From assembly GCA_019894715.1 (NCBI GenBank), contig JAGXOA010000259.1, positions 225 to 64,224 of the forward strand: DNA of 64,000 bases, read 5' to 3'. Shown one piece after another: positions 29,461 to 39,130 of the stretch (positions within the stretch are counted from its first letter, which is position 1; every line of letters begins with the position of its first letter). The stretch is from Promethearchaeota archaeon. GTDB lineage: Archaea > Asgardarchaeota > Lokiarchaeia > Sigyniarchaeales > SOKP01. A model generated the notes under the pieces. That model did no database searches. It saw nothing but the letters and a program-made list of their open reading frames with translations, and was not told the origin of the DNA. The position numbers and the translations under genes are program-made.

Positions 29461-29574
29461 ATTACCATGCTCAATTCACCCCCTTCCTAAAGGGAGGGGT
29501 CTTCTTGAACAATTATGATAAAAATTGTTCAAAATAAGAGAATTTAAATAGTTAAATAAGCAAATAATCAATAT

Positions 29575-29973
29575 TTAGCTCTCAATATTATTAGTTATAA
29601 AGTCTACAATATCTTTCGTGATTGTACCAGGACCAAAAATATTAGCAACTCCTAAACCCTTTAATCTAGGAAAATCATTTACTGGGATTACACCTCCTAA
29701 GATTACTAAGAAATCATTTTCTACTCCTTTTTCTTTCAGTCTCTCGAATAATTGTCTTGTATATGCCATATGTGCTCCTGAATGAATGCTCATCCCAATT
29801 ACATCGACATCCTCATGAATAGCGGATTCAACAATTTGATCAATATTTTGAAATCCACCAAATATTAACTCCATTCCAGCATCTCTTAAAGCTCTTGCTA
29901 CAACGATGCCTCCGCGCCAATGCCCGTCTATCCCTGGCTTAGTAATTAAAACTCTTATCTTTTTATTAGTCAT
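29575..29973 (-). CDS. B12-binding small subunit of an acyl-CoA mutase
   Basis: DxHxxG motif GIDGHWRGG and a Rossmann-like B12-binding domain, 132 aa. Confidence 0.9.
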   Translation of the reverse strand: MTNKKIRVLITKPGIDGHWRGGIVVARALRDAGMELIFGGFQNIDQIVESAIHEDVDVIGMSIHSGAHMAYTRQLFERLKEKGVENDFLVILGGVIPVNDFPRLKGLGVANIFGPGTITKDIVDFITNNIES

Positions 29974-30115
29974 AAACCATACAATTTATTTAAATTCTAA
30001 TATATTCATAATAAATTAAATTAATAACATAATTCGCTAACATTTACATATATTTCCATATTTTTAATCGATATTATAAGAAAATAATGTAATATGTTTA
30101 TTAAAAAATTATATT

Positions 30116-30168
30116 ATTTCAACTGTTTGTTGAAATTTTACAAAAATCTATAATTATCTATAAAAATC
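30116..30168. repeat. 53-nt hairpin repeat, copy 2
   Basis: 48/53 identical to 7761..7813. Lies between the stop of the mutase large subunit (30268) and the start of the small subunit (29973). Confidence 0.8.
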
Positions 30169-30267
30169 AAAAAATTATCACCCTTCCGTGATTAAAATTT
30201 GTAAATTCTTCAATCCTTTTTTTTTTCAATAAATCTAAGAGAAAATTGAAATTGTAATTTTCTAAAT

Positions 30268-31941
30268 TTAAATCGCTAAAGGAGGTTCCCAAATACCCCA
30301 TATTTCCCGATAAATATCACAAATCTCGCCCACGGTAGCACCTTCTTTTGTAGCTTTCATAATAATTGGCATAACATTTTCTTGTTTTTCACAAACATTT
30401 CTAAGTTCATCAAAGATGGATTCTAATTTTTTATTATCTCTTTTTTCTTTTAATTTTTTAATTCTCTGAATTTCAATACCCATTGCTTCCTCGTTAGTTC
30501 TAAAAATTCCACAATTAGGATCATAATCCATAGGGTATTTATTTACTCCTAGTATTATTTCTTCTCCTCTTTCCATTCGTTTTTGCCTTTTCTGAAAAGC
30601 GTCTCTCATTTCTTTGTATAGCCAACCAGATGATAAAGCTTTATCAATAGATCCAATATTTTTTATTTTATCGATATATTTCCATACTCTGTCTTCTATT
30701 TCATCAGTTAACCATTCAATATAATATGAACCAGCTAAAGGATCAACTGTATTTGTTATGCGAGCCTCATCTTCTATAATTTGTTGAGTTCTAAGAGCTA
30801 CAAGAGCAGCCTTTTTTGAGGGTAAGCAAATTGCTTCATCATAAGAATTTGTATGTAATGATTGACATCCTCCTAAAGTTGCTTCGAGAGCTTGAATAGC
30901 AGTTCTTGCGATATTAACTTCTGGTAATTGAGCTGTTAAAGAGCTTCCAGCTGTTTGCACATGAAATTTAAATTGGAGTGATTTTGGATCTTTTGCATTA
31001 TATTGATCTTTAATCAATGCAGCCCAAATTCTTCTTGCAGCTCGATATTTAGCAATTTCCTCAAAAAAATCTTTATGAGCTGAAAGATGAAATGCGAACC
31101 TATTAACAAAATCATCAATTTTCCATCCTCTTTCAATTATATTATCAATATGAGAACATGCACTTGAGAATACAAACCCCAGTTCTTGAACAGCATCAAT
31201 ACCTCCTTCTCTATAATTATATCCTGTAAAATTAATTGGATGCCATTTTGGTACATTTTTCATAGGTACAGTCCATTCAATAAAATCGCAAGCTAATCTT
31301 AGTGAGTGATCTGGAGGAACATTTTTATATGGAATATATCCAACAGTCATCGTTAGAATATCATTTTGTGTTGTTCCCATAAGATTTTTGAGATCATAAC
31401 CTTTCATTTTGGCCATATTAAAATACATTGAGCAAACAGGTGCAGAAGTAAATGGTTCCACTACTAGAGCAACACTAATCTTATCAATAGGGATATCTTT
31501 TGTGAGAGCAAATAAGCTATCTATACAATAGAGAGGCACTCCTGATGTTCCTACCTCTGGTGCTCCATCTTTATTTGATGGATCAATACCATTAAATGTT
31601 AAAGCATCGACTGCAGCACTAAATCCAGTTTCTCCATGTTCATATAAGAATTTCCATCTTTCATTAGTTTCTTCTGGAGTACCATGACCACTGAATAATC
31701 GCTTTGTCCAAACTCTTCCTCTGTACATTGATGAATAAGGACCTCTCGTATAAGGTGGATCACCAGGAAAATTTACCTTTTTAAGATAATCTCCTTTTAC
31801 ATCAAGAGGAGTATAGAGATTTTTAACAAGTATACCAGAATCCGTCTCAAATTTTTGATTACGTTCTTTTATATCTTTATGCTTCTTCTCCCATACTTCT
31901 TTTTCTTTTTTAATTCTTTCTAAAAAATCCTTGTCGTACAT
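30268..31941 (-). CDS. acyl-CoA mutase large (substrate-binding TIM-barrel) subunit, methylmalonyl-CoA-mutase family
   Basis: FPGDPPYTRGPYSSMYRGRVWT, GTTQNDILT, HTNSYDEA and similar MCM-family blocks. Specificity residues are atypical (see findings). Confidence 0.9.
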   Translation of the reverse strand: MYDKDFLERIKKEKEVWEKKHKDIKERNQKFETDSGILVKNLYTPLDVKGDYLKKVNFPGDPPYTRGPYSSMYRGRVWTKRLFSGHGTPEETNERWKFLYEHGETGFSAAVDALTFNGIDPSNKDGAPEVGTSGVPLYCIDSLFALTKDIPIDKISVALVVEPFTSAPVCSMYFNMAKMKGYDLKNLMGTTQNDILTMTVGYIPYKNVPPDHSLRLACDFIEWTVPMKNVPKWHPINFTGYNYREGGIDAVQELGFVFSSACSHIDNIIERGWKIDDFVNRFAFHLSAHKDFFEEIAKYRAARRIWAALIKDQYNAKDPKSLQFKFHVQTAGSSLTAQLPEVNIARTAIQALEATLGGCQSLHTNSYDEAICLPSKKAALVALRTQQIIEDEARITNTVDPLAGSYYIEWLTDEIEDRVWKYIDKIKNIGSIDKALSSGWLYKEMRDAFQKRQKRMERGEEIILGVNKYPMDYDPNCGIFRTNEEAMGIEIQRIKKLKEKRDNKKLESIFDELRNVCEKQENVMPIIMKATKEGATVGEICDIYREIWGIWEPPLAI

Positions 31942-32197
31942 TATTTACCAAATAATTTAAAAATAGTAGATTTTTATATATATGTTAATTCAATTAAAAA
32001 AGTAATCTAAAAAATTTATATTCTTTTAATTTAAAAAATGAATATCTAAATTTCATATCCTCACAAGTTGATTTGTCTCATAATGTGGAAGAGAATAAAA
32101 AACTAAATTATAAATATATTTATTGTTCTTTTTTTATCTCTACTGATATATTTTAAAAAGATCTAGATGTTTTTTAAAAAGAGAAAAAAGGATAAAA

Positions 32198-33505
32198 TTA
32201 TTCAAGAGATTTCCATTTTTTAATAATTTTACTTGGAATCTCAAGAGTAGCTTGCATTGGAGTACAACCAGGATAGAAGTGAGTATTAGAGGTGATATTT
32301 TTATATTCCTCAGCACAATCTCCAATTACGAATACTTCTTTATTAGTATCCTTAATATCTTCAGGAATATACGCATTTTTCCCTAATATAAAAATAGGTT
32401 CTTCATTATGTTTTTTGAATTTAGGATAAGTAAAAGTAAGACCATCACATATAGCACGAGTTAAAGCTTTGCAAACATAGCAAGGACAGCCTTCTATTAC
32501 TCTTACTCCTTCATATATTCCATTGCATTCATTAGATGGTTTTATAAAATCTCGTTTTACACTATCAATAGATTCTCCAACTAAGTCAATTTTATTAAGA
32601 TCCATAGGACCTGCTCCAAAGTAAGCACCTAAGCGTATTGTTCGGATATCTTTAGGATTAAATCCCATTACTTTAGCACAAATAGCATCAGTCGCAACAA
32701 CGTTATCCCCTGCAATTATTGTATTCATATCTGTTATAGTCATATATTCATGACCACGCATAGGAATAGGTCCTTGCCCTTGTACAGCCCAGATGCCAGA
32801 AATTATAGTTAACCGAGGAGGTAATGTTCTAGCAATATCTACAAACTTTAAACTTAGTTTACCATCATGGGCAATCATTTTATCTTCCCATTTGAAAATT
32901 CCTTGATAATTTTTCATACCTAATGTAACTGTCTCAAAAGAGTGAGTTTTCATAGCAGGACAATTAATAAAAGCAACATTATCTCTCGTTAATATTTCTG
33001 GTACATGTATTTTAGCCATGGCATTTGCTGGTTTTTTAATCTCTATTTCTACCCTTTCCAGATTATTAAAATCTACAACTTTACCACCCATTGATTTAAC
33101 GGCAGCCTCTACACCAGAAACATTTAAAGTTATGCATGCTTGCCAGCGATCATGGTAATCAAAAGCACATGTTTCACCAGTAATGACCTCTTTTGCATTA
33201 GCTTTCTCTAAAGCTAATTTTGTAATAGCCGCTAATACTCTTGCATCTGTATTGGCAGCACCTTGTAGATCGAGACATTCTTCACCAGTCTTTTTATCTA
33301 CTTTAATCGAACCAAAATATGTACAGCAATTAGGTTTTAATACTACTGTCTCATCGGGTTTAATAAATTTATCAATTCCACCAAGTAAATTGAAAGATTC
33401 ATCTACCATTTCTAATACAACTTGAAGATCCTCTTCAGTGTAATTACTTGGTAATCCAGGTATTTCATCTCTATGCACTATTGCAACTTTAGTCAATAAA
33501 TCCAC
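32198..33505 (-). CDS. DUF362-like protein with Cys-rich C-terminal part
   Basis: ETVVLKPNCC near the N-terminus and the overall size resemble DUF362. CPCYVCKALTRAICDG and GDCAEE Cys motifs. Function unknown. Confidence 0.45.
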   Translation of the reverse strand: MDLLTKVAIVHRDEIPGLPSNYTEEDLQVVLEMVDESFNLLGGIDKFIKPDETVVLKPNCCTYFGSIKVDKKTGEECLDLQGAANTDARVLAAITKLALEKANAKEVITGETCAFDYHDRWQACITLNVSGVEAAVKSMGGKVVDFNNLERVEIEIKKPANAMAKIHVPEILTRDNVAFINCPAMKTHSFETVTLGMKNYQGIFKWEDKMIAHDGKLSLKFVDIARTLPPRLTIISGIWAVQGQGPIPMRGHEYMTITDMNTIIAGDNVVATDAICAKVMGFNPKDIRTIRLGAYFGAGPMDLNKIDLVGESIDSVKRDFIKPSNECNGIYEGVRVIEGCPCYVCKALTRAICDGLTFTYPKFKKHNEEPIFILGKNAYIPEDIKDTNKEVFVIGDCAEEYKNITSNTHFYPGCTPMQATLEIPSKIIKKWKSLE

Positions 33506-33664
33506 CTTTAAATATACTAATTGAAAATAAAATATTAGTTTTATATATATAAAAAATAGGTTTAAAAAAAATTTATTCTTAAAGAATTTGAAATTTAAAG
33601 GATTGAATATTTATTATATTGATATTAAGAAATATAAATAAATAAGAAATAAACTGGACTTAAA

Positions 33665-34459
33665 ATGGATAAAATGTTTGAAGGAAAAACTGCTTTTATT
33701 ACAGGAGGAGGTTCTGGATTAGGTGAAGCAATTGCCAAGGATTTTGCTCAACATCGTGCTAATGTTGTTATTTTTGATATTAGTTCTGAAAACGGAAATC
33801 GGGTAGAAGAAGAGATTAAAATTAAAGGAGGAAATGCATTATTCATAAAAGGAGATGTCAAGGATTCAACATCTGTGAAAGAATGTGTAGCAAAAGCTTT
33901 TGATAAATATGGTACAATTGATTTTTTAATTAATTCAGCAGGAATACTAAGAGATGGACTTATACATAAATTATCAGAAGAAAAATGGGAATTAGTCATA
34001 GATATTAATCTTAAAGGTAGTTTCTTATGTTTACAAGAATGTACAAAAAGATGGATTGAAGACGCTAAGAATAATCGTAAAGAGCATATATCAGATTATC
34101 CAGATAAAAGAGTAATTAATATAAGCAGTCAAGCAGCTGAAGGTAATATTGGTCAAGTTAGCTACGCATCATCTAAAGCAGGACTAATAGGATTAACTAA
34201 GACTGCAGCTATGGAACTTATTAGATATAATATAAAAACACATGCAATTATGCCAACTTTGATTGAAACTCCAATTTTAGGAGAATTATTAGAAAAAGAA
34301 GATGGTAAATGGAGAAAATATTATGAAGGAAGAATTCCATTAGGGATTGGAAAAACTCGATATGTTTCTGATGCTATTCGATTTTTATGTAGTAATGATT
34401 CTTGGTTTATGAATGGTGTAATTTTACCAATTAATGGTGGAAGATTAGGCCCACTTTAA
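33665..34459 (+). CDS. short-chain dehydrogenase/reductase (3-oxoacyl/3-hydroxyacyl reductase-like)
   Basis: TGGGSGLGEAIA cofactor motif and YASSKAG catalytic motif. Confidence 0.85.
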   Translation: MDKMFEGKTAFITGGGSGLGEAIAKDFAQHRANVVIFDISSENGNRVEEEIKIKGGNALFIKGDVKDSTSVKECVAKAFDKYGTIDFLINSAGILRDGLIHKLSEEKWELVIDINLKGSFLCLQECTKRWIEDAKNNRKEHISDYPDKRVINISSQAAEGNIGQVSYASSKAGLIGLTKTAAMELIRYNIKTHAIMPTLIETPILGELLEKEDGKWRKYYEGRIPLGIGKTRYVSDAIRFLCSNDSWFMNGVILPINGGRLGPL

Positions 34460-34552
34460 TCTTATTTTATATAACAATATCTTATTTTCTTTTGATTTTA
34501 ATAACATCTATAAGATCATAGATGAGAATTAAATAATTATATTTTATTTAGA

Positions 34553-35356
34553 TTACATTTGGAGTTTCATAACAACCAAACACAGAAAATAGATGAGTAA
34601 TAAATTGCCTATAATTATTCCAACATCTTTTACTCCTTGTGAGGATTTAGTTGGTCTTCTGAATGTAAAGATAGCTCCAAGAGGAATAATAATTAATGGG
34701 AGAAAGTAATATTCTTGTAAAAGAAGAATAGACCACATTATAAAAGTAATCGAGCAAATTGAAAAGATCCAGACAACGATTTGGCATTGTCTTAATGATA
34801 AATACTTTCGCATAGAATCATTATCAATTATTTCATGAATAAGTTGTCCAAGAGTACCTGTAATGAAAAAAGCGATTAAGAAGATAAATTCCCCATAAGG
34901 TATTTCAAATATCCCCGCATCAATTTTTATAATAAAGTATGGTAAAATCACATGGGAAACAGTAAGAAAAATTTGGTTTATAATAATTATGGATTTAATC
35001 CATTTACAATAGCTTATTACCATTAGACCTGCGATTACTAAAAGAATTGCATTAATATAATTAGAATAGCATGTTCTTAAAAGTAGGGTAATTCCAAAAA
35101 TAAAAGCCGCAGTACCAATTGTAAAGATTTCCCTTGGAGAATATCCTCTAAGTCTCTCAATAGTCTCAATCTCTTTGGAATCCTTCATATCTACAACATC
35201 ATTCCAAGTATTTCCGGCAATTCCTAACAGGCAAAATCCAATAATTATATCAAAATGTTCAAATGGATTTAGGTCATTAAGAAAAATAGCAATAATTAAT
35301 GGAGTTATAACACTAAAAAGATAATCTAACCTTAAAATATCAATTCTTCGAGACAT
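34553..35356 (-). CDS. UbiA-family membrane prenyltransferase
   Basis: NTWNDVVDMKD (NxxxDxxxD) in the first cytoplasmic loop. About 8 TM helices. Confidence 0.65.
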   Translation of the reverse strand: MSRRIDILRLDYLFSVITPLIIAIFLNDLNPFEHFDIIIGFCLLGIAGNTWNDVVDMKDSKEIETIERLRGYSPREIFTIGTAAFIFGITLLLRTCYSNYINAILLVIAGLMVISYCKWIKSIIIINQIFLTVSHVILPYFIIKIDAGIFEIPYGEFIFLIAFFITGTLGQLIHEIIDNDSMRKYLSLRQCQIVVWIFSICSITFIMWSILLLQEYYFLPLIIIPLGAIFTFRRPTKSSQGVKDVGIIIGNLLLIYFLCLVVMKLQM

Positions 35357-35532
35357 TTCACATTCTTAAATTAACTACTATTCTAAATCATATATAAAAT
35401 TTGAATTTAATTACATTTGGTTAAAATATGGCAAAAAAGTTAATTATTTTTAAAAATAAATAAAAATATATTACTAATCCATGATTATTTTAATAAGTTT
35501 ATATTTTTAATAGAGATTTAATTCGTGATGTT

Positions 35533-35928
35533 ATGCCAGACTTAAATATTGATAATTCAAATAATTCAAAATTATTTTTAGAATTAATTCCATGTTCAAG
35601 ATGTGGAAATGCCTTTATGCGTAGTCCTGGTAAAGATGAAAATATATGTGAAAATTGTAGAAAACTTGAGATAAGGAAAAAATCATTAGAAAAAGAAATC
35701 TTTGATGTACAACATAAAATAGAAGATAAAATCATTGATTTAAAAACAGAATTATCCCATCAAGATGAAAAATATAATAAACAATATTTTGTTGATCGAA
35801 TCAAATTTGGCTCTAATGCCCTTAAGAAATCAATTGAGCTCTTAAAAAAGATAGAAGAGACGAATGATGAAAAATATATTGAAGAATATCAAAAATTATT
35901 TGAGAAAATAAAGAATGACTACCTTTGA
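35533..35928 (+). CDS. zinc-ribbon plus coiled-coil protein
   Basis: CSRCGN...CENC followed by a charged helical region. The overlapping minus-strand ORF 35499..35735 is judged spurious. Confidence 0.45.
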   Translation: MPDLNIDNSNNSKLFLELIPCSRCGNAFMRSPGKDENICENCRKLEIRKKSLEKEIFDVQHKIEDKIIDLKTELSHQDEKYNKQYFVDRIKFGSNALKKSIELLKKIEETNDEKYIEEYQKLFEKIKNDYL

Positions 35929-35943
35929 TTTAACTATCTGAAC

Positions 35944-36750
35944 TTAAAGATTGATTTTAGACGTCTTTTTTATAACAAAACCAATATTCATGACTTTGTT
36001 TATAGATAGATATTTTACTTCTAATCTCATAAAATATGAAGTTATTCTAACAAATAGATCCCATAATTTTCTAAACCATATTTTAGATTCATAACGTGCT
36101 CTTAGTTTATTTATTTGTTCTTCAACTTCTTTTGGTCGATATGATTGAATCTCAGTTATTCTAAATAATTGTCCATATACACCAAATGTCTTTAATATTT
36201 TTAGATTATAATTATCTAGTAATTCTATTATTTGCACTAATTCATATCTTCGATAGTGCCCAATTATTTTATCTTGATCACTATAGTATTTCATTCTATG
36301 TGGAACTGTAATAATTAAGTATCCATTTTCCTTTAAAATTCTATTAATTTCCTTTAGGACTATTTTATCGTCTTTTATATGCTCAAGTACATCCAACATA
36401 ATAATTAAATTAAAAGAATCATCTCGATAAGGTAAAAAAGATGTATCTCCATTGATTGGATGAAAGAATTTTATTATATTTTTTGAGGATGGAATCTTTT
36501 TATCCAATACATATTGTTTTAAAGGATTAATTGCAAGGTCGAGAAAAGATGTATGAGAGTTATTATTCAAAAAATACAAAAAAGAGTTCCCGGAACATCC
36601 TATATCTAAAGAATATTTAAAATTTATTTTATTTCCTATGATTTTTTTCAAGATGTCAAATTTACATTTTATTCCAGGAGAAATATTATATTCTGATAAT
36701 GTCCTAGATGAAAAATTTGAATGCTTATCGTAGAATTCTTTTAAACTCAT
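35944..36750 (-). CDS. class I SAM-dependent methyltransferase
   Basis: Motif I LDIGCSGNS and post-II IIMLDVLEHI. Confidence 0.8.
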   Translation of the reverse strand: MSLKEFYDKHSNFSSRTLSEYNISPGIKCKFDILKKIIGNKINFKYSLDIGCSGNSFLYFLNNNSHTSFLDLAINPLKQYVLDKKIPSSKNIIKFFHPINGDTSFLPYRDDSFNLIIMLDVLEHIKDDKIVLKEINRILKENGYLIITVPHRMKYYSDQDKIIGHYRRYELVQIIELLDNYNLKILKTFGVYGQLFRITEIQSYRPKEVEEQINKLRARYESKIWFRKLWDLFVRITSYFMRLEVKYLSINKVMNIGFVIKKTSKINL

Positions 36751-36909
36751 TTTTTTTTAATTTAGATACTTATTCTTTAGATGATTAAAAACTAAAGATA
36801 TTTATCTATTTTAAGAACTTGTTTTTTCATATAAAAAAAAAGTTTAATTTATAAGTAATAACGTTGAAACAAATCTCAATATGAATTTAAAGAATAATGA
36901 TCTCTATAA

Positions 36910-37306
36910 ATCCTTAAGAAGTACTTATTTTTTCTTAAAAGAAAAAGAAAACTAAATAATTTCTTCAATAATATTTTAGCACATTTGTTTAGAAAACTAA
37001 AAACATATAATATTTCTATAATTATAATTGGCGATCTAAAAGGAATTAGAGGGATTCCACTTCCTCAGCATTATTATGATAAGAAACAAGATGATCTAAA
37101 ACTTCTGGTCTTATAATATTTTTCTTAAGAAAATTCAAGATAAATTCAAGGAAAGTAGAATTGACTTAATCTTGATTAATGAATCCTATACATCATCTAT
37201 TTATCCTCTCTGTAAGATGAGAGTTAATCTTAGTGATATGAATTCTTTATGTACTCATTGTGGATATGAGCAAGATAGGGATGTGATAGGAAGCATAAAT
37301 CCCTAA
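36910..37306 (+). pseudogene. tnpB: tnpB (IS605 OrfB) 3' half, frameshifted
   Basis: Frame 1 reads ...NILAHLFRKLKTYNISIIIIGDLKGIRG... and ends at stop 37114..37116. The reading continues in another frame from 37112 as YNIFLKKIQDKFKESRIDLILINESYTSSIYPLCKMRVNLSDMNSLCTHCGYEQDRDVIGSINP*. No N-terminal half. Confidence 0.75.
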
Positions 37307-37429
37307 ACTAGACACATTTATGAACATCAGAGTGAAAATATGATATTAGAGGACTATCCAGTAGTTTCTCAGATTCTTATTAAGTCTTAGAGACTACAAA
37401 TCCACTATCTTTGGGTAGTGGTAGTTCAA
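37307..37429 (+). ncRNA. putative omega-RNA/right-end module of the tnpB pseudogene
   Basis: Ends with RE hairpin CCACTA-tctttggg-TAGTGG (37402..37421) and terminus GTAGTTCAA (37429). Homologous to 43388..43480 on the opposite strand. Confidence 0.4.
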
Positions 37430-37524
37430 TAGAAAACAATATTAATAAATTCTAACATTAATTCTTAGTTTAATATATTTTCAAATAACGATTACTAATT
37501 GTTGTTGTTAAAAATTTAAAAAAA

Positions 37525-37932
37525 GTGACAAATTTGATAGAATTGAGTATTTTTCTCCCAAATGAGCCAGGAATGTTGGCAAAATTATTAATGGAGATAT
37601 CCGGGCAGAATATTAGTCTTAAGGCAATATCCGTAGTTGAAACTGCAGATTATGGTCTTATTCTATTATTGGTTGATAAACCTGAATCATGTATTGATTT
37701 TCTTAAAAAGAATGATTATGAATTCACATCAACAGAAGTATTACCGATTAAATATGGTGGAGATCCATCAATTTTATTTGATATAGCGAAGGTATTAGGA
37801 AAAAACAACGTAAATATAGAATATTTATATTTAACAGTTATAGAAAATGATTCTTTCATTATACTTAGAGTTAACAATCTTCAGAAAGGAAAAAAAATCC
37901 TCCAAAAAAAGAACCTTATATTCTCAAAATAA
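37525..37932 (+). CDS. ACT-domain protein
   Basis: Two beta-alpha-beta-beta-alpha-beta-like units (LSIFLPNEPGMLAKLLMEIS..., DPSILFDIAKVLGKNNVNIEYLY). GTG start. Confidence 0.55.
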   Translation: MTNLIELSIFLPNEPGMLAKLLMEISGQNISLKAISVVETADYGLILLLVDKPESCIDFLKKNDYEFTSTEVLPIKYGGDPSILFDIAKVLGKNNVNIEYLYLTVIENDSFIILRVNNLQKGKKILQKKNLIFSK

Positions 37933-38026
37933 AATATTAAATAATCAATTCTCTATTACTTTATATTCTTCTAAAAGATAACAACAGCTCTAAATAAATA
38001 AAAAATAGAATAATAGTTAATATTTA

Positions 38027-38533
38027 TTATTTCCTCGCTTCTCTTGCTTCTTTAGAATTTTGGTTGGTAATGTAGAAACCAATTAGATATATAATTAGAA
38101 TTATAAGAAATGAGATAATACCTACTATGTAAATCCACCTTGTTCTATAAGCCAAAACATCCATAATAATAAATTGAAAAAGCAACATTACAGCACTTGA
38201 GACCGTTACAAATATGATATCCCATATAGAATTTATCAATGAATCAATTCCACGATTACGCCATCCCAAATAATAGATTAATGAATTTTCTAGTATTTCC
38301 CATAAAAAACCACCAAATAGAATTGTTAGCAACCATACAAACCACCAAGGAAAGAGACCTGGTATGCTCATAAATATTTCAGGGATAGTAATAAACAATG
38401 AAAATATTAGAAACCCTCCAATCCCCATATCCATATGACCCCAACTATAGAAATCCCATGCGGAACGCCCTACATAGTCATCAACTAGACCTACAAATGG
38501 AATATACTTATTACTTTGTTCTTGTTCATTCAT
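38027..38533 (-). CDS. hypothetical membrane protein
   Basis: Four hydrophobic helices, Trp-rich. No family recognised. Confidence 0.45.
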   Translation of the reverse strand: MNEQEQSNKYIPFVGLVDDYVGRSAWDFYSWGHMDMGIGGFLIFSLFITIPEIFMSIPGLFPWWFVWLLTILFGGFLWEILENSLIYYLGWRNRGIDSLINSIWDIIFVTVSSAVMLLFQFIIMDVLAYRTRWIYIVGIISFLIILIIYLIGFYITNQNSKEAREARK

Positions 38534-38653
38534 TACAAATCACCAATTTGTATATAAAAACATGGTGATACTCTTAATTTAAAAATTTATTCTTTTACTG
38601 GAATTAATCATCAAAATTGAATTCTAAAGCCTTAATAAAAATAGAAAAAAAAA

Positions 38654-39130
38654 TTAGGTTATATTCATATTTATTGAAAAACCACTAAATAATATTGTAA
38701 AAATCATTACAAATAGAATTAATGAGGCTATGGTTATCAAAAGTCTTTTTGTTCTTTCATCACCAGTACCAGTTATAGCAAATCCAACAAGTCCTATAAA
38801 AAGGAAGAAGAATCCAATATAAATTCCTATTCTAGTAAATAGAGTAACATAAAATGATTGTCCTTCCATCAATGCTCTCTCCCAAGCAACTCTATCATTA
38901 CGATCACCAAGTTCTCCAAAATCAATTACACCACTATCATATAGCCATTGATTCTCAGCTTGTTTTAAATCTTCCCATTCATCTGCATTTGCAGCTACAA
39001 ATACACTGACACCTGTAGCTATAAGAAATATAGCAGTAATGATAATGCCACGACTCATGTATTTTTTTGCTTTTTCTGGAGTCATCTGACCAAACTTATC
39101 TAAATTTGTTTTTCTCACTTCAACTTTCAC
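38654..39130 (-). CDS. hypothetical membrane protein
   Basis: Three hydrophobic helices with an extracytoplasmic loop WEDLKQAENQWLYDSG. Confidence 0.45.
   Translation of the reverse strand: MKVEVRKTNLDKFGQMTPEKAKKYMSRGIIITAIFLIATGVSVFVAANADEWEDLKQAENQWLYDSGVIDFGELGDRNDRVAWERALMEGQSFYVTLFTRIGIYIGFFFLFIGLVGFAITGTGDERTKRLLITIASLILFVMIFTILFSGFSINMNIT

Larger units (their letters stand above)
29164..29515 (-). mobile_element. internally deleted IS200/IS605 (TnpB-type) element: LE hairpin + tnpB 3' remnant + omega-RNA-like region + RE hairpin
   Basis: LE-type hairpin 29480..29499 (CCCCTTCC-TAAA-GGGAGGGG). RE hairpin 29174..29191 (CACGGCC-TAAA-GGCCGTG, perfect 7 bp). tnpB remnant in between. Terminus GTAGGTCAC resembles the GTAGTTCAA of the other copies. 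Confidence 0.75.

Noticed and set aside
29505-29532. 10-bp inverted repeat TTGAACAATT-N8-AATTGTTCAA downstream of the mutase small-subunit stop, as a terminator.
   Set aside because: No following oligo-T tract on the coding (minus) strand. It overlaps the outer edge of the IS-derived element and may simply belong to its left end.
29974-33664. Cobalamin riboswitch upstream of the mutase, cobA or DUF362 genes.
   Set aside because: No GC-rich B12-box-like element was seen in any leader. The leaders are uniformly AT-rich.
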